Source: Macrostomum lignano (Eukaryota). From it: a stretch of 64,000 nt of DNA. Positions 54,597-64,000 of the stretch are shown here, piece after piece. How positions within the stretch are numbered: position 1 is the first letter of the stretch; each line of letters starts with the position of its first letter. The position numbers and the translations under genes are program-made. The notes under the pieces are model-generated. The model was not told where the DNA came from. It saw only the letters and a program-made list of their open reading frames with translations, and did not search any database. The stretch lies in NCBI GenBank assembly GCA_002269645.1, contig NIVC01001824.1, positions 110,073-174,072 on the forward strand, read 5' to 3'.

Positions 54597-55182
54597 TGCT
54601 GCCATAGTCCGGATGGTGTAATGTGGTACGCCGGAAGGAAAAAGGAGGATTCCCAAGTGGTACGCCAGTGGTACGCCAAAAGAAAGACGTGGGGGTCGCT
54701 TAGTGTATAACGTTGCGGCACTAAAAATTTCGACTTTGAAAACGGTAAAAATATGGCGGACAAACTTTAACAATTATACAAAAATAACAGATATAATCAG
54801 CGCTCAGAAATTTATTTACCAATAATACTAGGCTAAATTATTTTATTAATATATTTATAAAATGATTAATCAAGTTATACAATGCAGGAAAAAATATATG
54901 CAATTTTTTACGTAAAATACATTGTCGTGTGATGTAGTCGTATCTTGTATGTCGTAATTTACGCAAAATTACAAAAAGTTTTTACTCTGGCAACGATTTT
55001 TTTGCCTGGTGGTGCCAATGGTACGCTAAAAGTGGTACGCCAATTCAACTTCAGCTTGGTGGTACGCCAAATGCTTTTTCGAATCGGTGGTACGCCAATG
55101 GTGGTACACCAATTTTTCGGAAAACTCATTTGGTACGCCGGAAATCTCCGGCGTACCAGTCACCTTCCGGAGTATGGCAGTG
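54597..55182. mobile_element. CACTG-ended (CMC-type) MITE
   Basis: TIRs TGCTGCCATAGTCCGGA / TCCGGAGTATGGCAGTG. Multiple subterminal GGTACGCC repeats. TSD unclear. Confidence 0.7.
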
Positions 55183-58100
55183 CTGGAACTCTAGCCATTA
55201 CTGATCCTAGAAATGCTCAGGACTGGAGAGACCATACATGCAGTATATATACCTATAGACCATAAACTGCTCAGGCCAGAATAATAGTAAGAACACTATT
55301 AGAATGACAGTAGGAATGCTACTAGAATAATATTAAGAATGCTACTTGTAAGAATTTAATAGGGCCTAACTTAGATCTATACTCAGAATCCTTAGACCAA
55401 GACTAAGACTTATGCTTAGATAAATACTCAGACAAATACCCAGACTCATACTAAGAAATAATAATATTACTTAGACTTGTTCTAGAGACTAGAATAATAA
55501 ATTTATAATAGAACAGTCTTGGTGGCAGCAATGGCTATGGCATGGAAGAAACTTGGAATAGGGGTCTACAGGCATATAAAAGCAATGATTTTGAAACAGA
55601 CTTTTAAGTAATGTTTGTTAGTCTGGCCATGTTACCCAGATCCTACCGATGTTTTCCGTAGTCCTGAATCAGAATACAATACAAGGCCGATGATGATAAG
55701 TAGTATGGCTGTAGACTCGGGGGGGCAAAGTCAAAACGAGGGCATCGCGAGTTTACACCATTCAAACTTTGTAATACCAAATTGTATCTGTTTTCTAATG
55801 AGTATGGCCGGTTAAATCTTGCATTAAACTGTGAATTATAAATAATTTTACTATAATCTAAGTAAAATTAGTCTTTTTCGCTCCTCTAAAAGACAAAATA
55901 TGTCCTTTTCAGCGATAATTTTTTTGGCGGAAATTCAACCACGTTGAACACGTGTGAAAAAAATTCTATATAATTTACAAATAAGGGCTAAAAATGTAGG
56001 AATTAATATAGATGGTGAAAGTTTTGAGTTAATTTGCATTAAATGCATGCATGAGTAATGCTTTATTTGTATAAACCTTACTGTAGTTCGAATATTCTTC
56101 GTTTTGGTAGTAAACATTGATTATGACATCCCACCTATATGCTCATATGAGAATATGTTAAAAACTAATCTAAATTGATGTATCCAATTGGATTATTCAC
56201 TTTTACATTTTAGAAAATAATTTAGCATAAAATCGATGCTTTTTATTGAAAAAGCCTAATATATTGCTTATTGTATAACATATGTTATACAATAAGCAAT
56301 ATATCTATTGTTATAGATCTATAACAATATAAAAATACTTTTTAATAGTTAGAGAGCACAAAGTGATTTTCTCCAGTAGTCTGTTACATCAAAATGAATA
56401 ATTGCCAGCTTTTAGAATTGAAATATGTTATTACACCCCTATTAAGCTTGAAGCATTTTTTTCTTTACTAAATGGTACTCTTTGTTGGCTCTTAAATGCC
56501 ATAAATGTTAGTTTTTGTCATGATTTTTTTCTCCGGAAGCCCACTGTGTGGAGCATGTACAATGAAAAGCTTAGATATTTCATCAAGGCACTGCAAAGAA
56601 CCCTATAAAGAAGCATTTTTTTGGCTTTGCAGCAGGGACAACCTAATATAATTTTATTGCCATTTAATGTATAATTTGTAATGAATTAGGCTTTAGTTAT
56701 TTTTAATGATAGTTATTATGCTTATTTCATACTGAATAAGTTGAGGTAAATTTTGTAAAAATTACTTTAAACATCTTTTTATTGACCATCACTTAAAATT
56801 TTTTATGACTAGCAATTCTAGTCTAAGATCACCAGATTAATCAGATTTCACTTACTAACACCAAATAATCAGGTCTGATTGACTTTAAATTTACTTTAAA
56901 TTCATTGGTCTGCTTAACTGACATCAGATTTACCTAGGATCAATAATTTTGGGGCATCATGAAGGTTATAGCATTGTAACAGACTATGTAATCATGCTTA
57001 AATAACTTGGAACTCATAATTTAATATCTTGAAATCTGCATGGTGCTAGAATCCTATTGGAATAGAAAGAAGACAGCAAAAAATACAGACAAAGCGTTCA
57101 CTCATTATCTCTCTAATAATAAAATGTTCATCTCCACAGATGTACCTTTCAGCTGTTCGGAAACGGAATGAAAATAAAAATCGCTACAAATCGCTACACA
57201 CAGCAACAACTTGTGTCGACATAATTGACAACCATTGTAGAGAACCCCACCTCTTATGTTCGGCGGGTAGTCGATCAGAATCCAGTCTGGCGCATCGCTG
57301 CAAGTTGGACTCTGTCACTCAGCTTTGTTCGACACAAGCAGATTTTGAGCACAGTCTGGCAGTATGCTGCACTTCAGTTTCAGCAGGGCCAATCTGAGCT
57401 GCTCGAGCAGAGTTTGAGAACACTGGGAGTATGTGCTGCCTTATTTTCACTTTTACGTTGCAATTTGGCCTCTTTTGTATCGACTTTTCTGCATTCGCTC
57501 TGGCATGACAGTACGAGCCCTCTTCAGCGTGGTAGCGTTGTAACGTTCTAGCTTTGAAAGCTAGGATGCTTTTATTTTAACTATAGCATACTCCTTATAC
57601 AATTAATAAGTGCTTTTTAAGCTCAACCAGCTATGTACCTGTGATGTGTGGCTGCCAGCAGCCACGTATTAGTTTATGGGTATATGCTTGGCTTACAGAC
57701 CCACAATTGATAGACTGCAGGAACAAGCGCGAAACGATTGACGAGCTCTTGCTTAATTTCAACAAATATACGAGTAAACGAGCATACGATTTAAAACACG
57801 ACTTCCCAAACACATTGATCTGATAATAAAAAGTTTTATTAATAAAGCAGCATCAGCTCAAATATTTTAATCTATGGCCATGGACGTATAGAGCAGTCTG
57901 CACAGACCAGAACAGAAAATCAATATGGCTACCTCAAGAAGGGTAAAAAAGATATCTGGGTGGGGGGCATGGTTATGCTCCTATCCAAACAGTTTCAATA
58001 CAAATGTGAATCTCACAGAGCTCTAAATGAAGCTCTTAATGCCTCTTGATTTAGTGAAAAAGATGAATAGGCAACAGAAATAGGTTTTAGAATTTTTAGG

Positions 58101-60858
58101 CACAAGTAATAAATTCCTGAAGCAGTAGTTTTATTAACTTAAATGCAAAACAAGATTTTTGGTATAGCCACTAGGCCCATACAATAAAACACACTATAAA
58201 ACATAAGGTTCTAAAAAGGTGTGTCTTGTGGTCTGAGAGAAAATGTAGGCCATATAGCCACCAGAATCTTGGGTGCCAGAATCCAAAAGTAGCAGCGCAG
58301 CACCTGAACCAGTTGTGGGCAGAAGTGGCCTGCTAGGTGCAGGAGTCGCCAACATTGCAACAGGTTGCTCAGACAGATCAGGTTGGTTCATGGAGAAAGC
58401 ACTAGACTCACTCAACCAAATGTAAAGGTAACATACAGCAAGTCCACCAGTTTCATTGTTTAAGTAAGGCCTCAGGTTTAGAGCTCAGAATGAAAGGCAT
58501 ATCATAAAATGCAGCTGAGAAGATCTCCCAAAGAAGTCCTGGCATGGCATGCATTAAAGTGAAAAACATTTAACATATTTTACTTACATTTAAGTCAAAA
58601 AAACTTTTACTAGGCCTAAAGCAAGTTAAGAATTTATTGGTATATTAAATATACAATAGTATAAAAGGAAACACTCCTGCTAGGCATTTAAAGCCAGTTT
58701 GTAAACAATAAAATATATAATAAAATAATGCTATATTCTAATTTTTTAAAAAGCAAATATATCAGGTTTTGCATTTTTAATTTTTAACATGTTCTAAGTT
58801 CTTAAAGCTCATAATGTGAGTTTTAAATGAAATAAATGTAACAAATAATGCAAAAAAAACATATTGCAATTATACATTTTAAAGAATAGTGCAAGTCACA
58901 TTTTATATAGCTTTTTATATTGCAAATTATATGAAACTAGAAAGTTAAAGTTTAAAAAAAGTTATTACCTGTTTTACTTGCTACTTGTTAATTATTTAGC
59001 AATTTAAAATATATATATACTTAAAAATGCATAGTGATGGCTATAATAAACAGTATCATTATCAGTAATCATAAGGTAGATTATCACTTAGCTAAGGCCC
59101 AATGGCTTTTGTAAAAAAGCATATATCAGTTTCGAAGTAATTCTGTACAAAATTTTATATTTACATTATATTTTTTATTACTACGTCATTAGCAAAAAAT
59201 CAAATAGGCCTAAGACACGGACAGTTAAATATAAATAGCAATCTGAACTAGACTACAAATTATGCCTCAGAACAAAAATATAGTTAAACAAGAGCGTGGG
59301 TGGATAAAGCTATTTTATAAAAAAACTTGATAGACACATTTATTTGTCATTCTATTCAGTAAAATTATTTAAACCTCAGTCTCATGAGTCATTTGCCTAT
59401 TCATAAGCCGTGGCTTATAAAATAAAGCATATATCTAGAATCCTCGATCGATTATTGTTCATAAATTAGATAAGCAGAAAATTGATGCTAGACGTTTGTA
59501 ATGCTTGAAATACAGAAGTCAGTAATCAATATCTAAATCTCATATTTAATTCAATCCAAAAAAGTTTGCTGATATTTCACATCCGTAAGAAGAACCAGGC
59601 AAAACATCAATAATAAAGTACTTATTAACATGAAACTGATAACTAAATTAACGAGAGTATTTCAGAACACAAACAGGCGCGACGTAAACAAAGTAAGCAG
59701 TTTAACAAAATCCAGCCTAATATTTATTTAAAAAATATCTATTGCAATATTTACCTAATTTTTTCAGATAAAAACTACTTTTACGGATTTGTATAAAACA
59801 TTTATTTTTAGAATACTTTATTTAGTTTCTGATTCTGCGTCCGTACAGTTCCGTAAAAGTAAAGATTAACAAATGGGTAGGAAATTTATTAAGAGGTGTA
59901 TTTTGTGCTTTAAAAATGTTTTTTTGAGACCACTTAACGGAAATATAAAAAATTGTATAAAAAATTATTTATTGAAACAACAAATTTTTTTCTACATTTT
60001 CTGACTCCCCAGTTTTGACTTTAACCGCGGGCATTTCCGTTGTTATTGAATTCAAAGTTGACGCTTATTTTGTACGAAACCGTCTTGTCTTAAAAACAAA
60101 ACTTTTAGAACAACAAATAATTTCGGCTATTGTCCTGTCTTACACACACTTATAGTTTAAAATAAATGTAATTAAACGATAAAATAGTCGAAAAACTTCC
60201 ACAGTAAATCGATCGCTTTTTAAAGACTGAAATTTTTCTTTTAAAAATAAATAACATTAATTATTAATAAGGACAGAGCAGTGACTCTAAATGACATTCC
60301 ATTGGCCCTACGATGTGGATTGCAGGATTTGCCGATGGAAATTATATGATTTGTAAGGTTCAATGGAAACAAAAAAGTACTGTATAATCATGACAATTGT
60401 AGTAATTTAACGCACGAATTTGTTGGCATACAGTACCAACAACAATTAAAATATAAGACGCCTCTGAGATGTATGTACATATCCAAGTGGTCCTAAGTAT
60501 TCTTCCGGGTGGATCAAGTGTGCGCAAAAAACTAAAAAAAACAACATGTTTATTCGATACTTTATCGAATTAAAATTGACAAGCATATTAATTATCTTCA
60601 AAAAAGATTCGCTTAATTGTTAATAACATCTGAAATTGTATGTATATATTTAAATATTATTTTGTGTTTGTACTTGTACAGTAAAAAACCATATAATTAC
60701 GTGATATCATATGCAGCGGGCATGCAATAATGCTCGCTGCTATATATGGTTCAAGCAGGGAAGCAGAGGTATACAAATAAAAGTTTATCACAGATGAGTG
60801 CATATCACAGATTTTAAAACTACAGGTGTCTTTCCGCCTCAATTCAATGATGCTCGAT

Positions 60859-62904
60859 TCAGACGCCATGTGGGAAGCCAGTGGACATTGCTAACTCCTT
60901 CGCTCTGGTCAATCGTTGACCATCTACTCGCTCCTTGCGCAGGTAGCTCTCGATTGGTACCAGCAAACGGATGTCTCTGAGTTTGGAAGGGGGGAAGAGG
61001 ACTGCATAGCTAGTATAGAGTGCATGTAATTAGGGATTTTTGGGATCTGCTCAAACGGACTGCAGGACTGCTTGATTACATAGATCACAATTGACGAATA
61101 ACGACGTCATACAGTGTACTTCGGCAGAACATCGATGAAATTTAAAAGCACTACGACATGTTATATATTGGCGCCTCTTATAGGGTTGTGGCCTCGATCG
61201 AATCAAAATTCGGTATGCCATTGACCAAAAGTACAGAAACAGCAATATTACCAGCTACTTTAATGTAAAAAATCTCATAATTCCTAAATCTTGCTAGATA
61301 ATGTTAATTTGAATTATTTTGTATTGGAATGTTGATGTTGATGTTTTATGTTCGTTCGTTACTTTATTTTACTACTTTTTATTAAGCTAAATTTAATATT
61401 TACTCTGCCCATGATTTGTATTGCCGAGGCATTTAATGTAGCTACTCGAAGCTAAAACGAAAAAAACCTATTCCAACCTGTCCTCCTCTCGAATGAAGTC
61501 CCTTCCGAGGTTGTCTCGCACCAGATGTAGCCTGCGCGGTCGGCCGTCGCTGTTAGGAGGCAGCGCGGCCAGCAGCTTGACGGTGTAGTCCAGATCGCCG
61601 CTGCGCGTGTAGCCAAACACTCGGAACCGGTTGGTGTCCCGATCCACCTGCGATTCGGCCAGCATCAGGCGCCCATCGTCGGTCACGGTGAAGCTCCAGC
61701 CGTTGCGCAGGTCAGCTGGCAGGCCGGTGGCGCAGAGTAACTCGCTCAGCTCGGTGTCAAACACTGCTAGACCGGGCACAGTGGCTCCGGCGTTGTCGAG
61801 AACGAAGCCTTCGACTGCGACGTAGCGACGTTTAGCAACGACTCGTTCGGCTGTCACCAGACGCTGGTGCGAGAGCTGCAACGGGCTCGGCTGCATGTCC
61901 GGATACTGCAGCGTTTCAACCACTCCTTTGGCGTAGTGGGGCAGGTACACCTGGATGACAAATCGACAGATTGAGGTGTCTAACTTCATCAGCTGACTTC
62001 TGTGACAATTATCTTATGCTGGCTCTTAAGCTAATAGGTTCTACTAGCGTATGTATACTAGTACATTGTGAGGCATATGCAAGGCAATGTATATCCTGGC
62101 CCATCAACAGACCACTTCGTTCCGCAATGAGTCGTACTGCTGAAGGAGCGGGTAAAGGAAGCTCTGCTGCTACCGCTGTAGGCGCAACAGTTGCGCAAAT
62201 GATTGTCTGCATGCTGATTGAGTTCGGCTAAGTCAACTGAACTTGATGCCTTAAGGTGCGCACTGTGACGCTGTTCAAGGACCTTTTTGACTATGCTTTG
62301 ATATTGTCTATGGAGCTTTATGCGTTGGTGCCTAAGATCAACTATCACGATAGCCACCAAAACACAGTTTTATCTATTCTCATACACCAAGACGGCAGCA
62401 TGCGATCTTAGCGAATCGATCAAGTTTTTGTGTGCATGTAGCTACGTCCAACAAATTATTGCTTAACCATCTCACCAGTCTCCGGTTAAATTCCACATCG
62501 ACAAGCCCCAGATCGACTACGCCGTCGCTCCAGCCTCGCTGCCAGACGGTTTTGCCGTGAGCATCCGCCAGCAGCAGATGGCAGCAGCCTCACCCGACAC
62601 GCTGCGCCAGAAGGCAGCCGTCTGGACAGCAGATCGCCTGGTCAAGCAACGGAGTGGAAACGGCGCTTTGATTGCGAAATTGGATCTCCAAAGCCAGCGG
62701 CGACTGAGACCACCGCTGGGCGTCGTCCAGGAAGTAGACGCTGGACAATTCAAGCCGACTGCCGTCGCGACTGATGGACGTAGCCACCAGGCACCGGGTC
62801 AGACGGCTGCCGGTCTCACCCTCGGGTGGTGCATCGAAGTACAGCGACTGCAGATTTGGCCACAGCTTCTGGCCGGGGAACACGAAAGCAGCAGCCACTG
62901 ACAT
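60859..62904 (-). CDS. uncharacterised beta-propeller (NHL-repeat-like) protein, 3 exons (62904-62476, 61950-61478, 60976-60859), 339 codons with an in-frame TGA at 62592-62590
   Basis: Junctions CTG|gtgaga..tccag|GTG (phase 0) and AG|gttgga..ctcag|A (phase 2) are in frame. NHL-like stretches DVEFNRRLVYLPHYAKGVVETL and FTVTDDGRLMLAE..RFRVFGYTRSG. GC-rich exons in an AT-rich background. Confidence 0.6.
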
Positions 62905-64000
62905 TGCTTAGTCTTCTTTAGAGCGGGACTTCTGTTTGTGTTTAACTAAGGTATGTCTTTTTGACTTATATAAGGCAAACTTCAAGCTTTAAGTTCGGTA
63001 TTTAAACAAGCGATGTAGCCTGCATCGTAGAGAGGTAGAGAGAGACAGATATAGATTCAAGCAAATGTACTCAACTACAATATTTAGAAGCTCGTAGGCG
63101 AGGGTGCTAAAGATAAAACGAGTTGAGCGATTGGGCAAGAGCTTTCTCCGACGCTGTGACGCTCCTCAGACTTTGCGCGGTTACTCTTGGCGCTCCGCTT
63201 TTATTTGACCCATCAAAATACGCAGCGGCCTTCATCTCTTTCCTAACTTCTCGCAGGAGTAAGGAGCTTGCTTACCTGCCAGACCACACTGTAGTCAGGG
63301 TGAGCCACGCCCCTGCAAGCTTCAATGGCCATTTGTTGTGTGGAAGCTATAGTATAGAGCAATGCCAGTCTCCATTGTTAATTAAAACGAAAAGATCTTG
63401 ACAGGCTACAAACATTGGCCGTCTTGGAGCCCGGCAGCGGACCGGGGGACGATGGGGAATCGCAGAACGGGAGGAGAGAGTGAGAAAAGCTGAGCGCACA
63501 GTTGGAGTTTGTTTGAAATGAGATCGGAAGTCCTATTGTGTGTCAAATAAAACTTACGCAGCTGCAGCTCTCTTCAGCTCTCGTTGCCTGCTATCTGTCA
63601 GTTAACTTCACAAGTACTGTTTATTGTACACTGTAGCTACACCCTGTACAGCAATCCGATGTCGTGGTACGTCTCTAGCTAATGGTTAGTTTTGCACTAT
63701 ACCGACATAAAACATAACTTCAGCCTTCAGTTTTGAACCATACCTGCAACCAAATTTTATTATCTGTCATCCAATTCCGACACTTTTCGACAACAGTAAC
63801 ACGACAGCTTCGGTTTTCAACCAGTTTAGACTTTTGACAAACTACGATACAGATTCGACAGTTGGAATACATTTCCTACCAACAGTCTATCAGTTCTAAC
63901 GATTGCCAAACAATACCGTCAAGAGAGGCATCCAGTTCAACCAGTTGTGACAAACAGAGATTCAGAATCGACACTTTGCATACACGTCTTTCGACAATAA

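Noticed and set aside
55708-60030. Possible large element bounded by AAAGTCAAAAC motifs at ~55725 and ~60015
   Set aside because: Only an 11-bp inverted match with non-corresponding flanks, no TSD and no coding support.
60600-60858. SECIS element for the in-frame TGA gene
   Set aside because: ATGA/GTGA occurrences lack the correct stem length, apical AA and 3' GA quartet by eye. A covariance search is still needed.
61971-62360. ORFs of 67-100 aa inside intron 1 of the propeller-like gene
   Set aside because: No recognisable motifs, no in-phase splice connection, and they overlap on both strands.

Overview
Eukaryotic, intron-rich animal DNA. GC-rich exons sit between introns packed with mini- and microsatellites; the style suggests a flatworm such as Macrostomum (inference only). 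Four host genes could be assembled by hand: (1) an F-box/WD40 gene, FBXW4-like (+, ~307-13320, 5' end outside the window); (2) an MPPED1/2-family metallophosphoesterase with its metal-binding motifs replaced (-, 24938-18336); (3) a LITAF-domain gene (-, 40924-39824); (4) an NHL/beta-propeller-like gene with an in-frame TGA (-, 62904-60859). The rest is mostly DNA transposons and satellites. A 7.3-kb EnSpm/CMC element with a transposase and a coiled-coil+BEN gene lies in the last FBXW4 intron. A piggyBac sits at a TTAA inside an intronic satellite. A four-level nest of hAT, MULE/foldback and EnSpm-type elements occupies 43.3-53.6 kb. There are also several MITEs, a tRNA-type SINE and a 3.9-kb inverted pair of 15-bp satellite arrays. 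Most long ORFs in the supplied track are artefacts of tandem repeats. No rRNA, tRNA gene or CRISPR array was seen. All homology calls are by eye, without searches.
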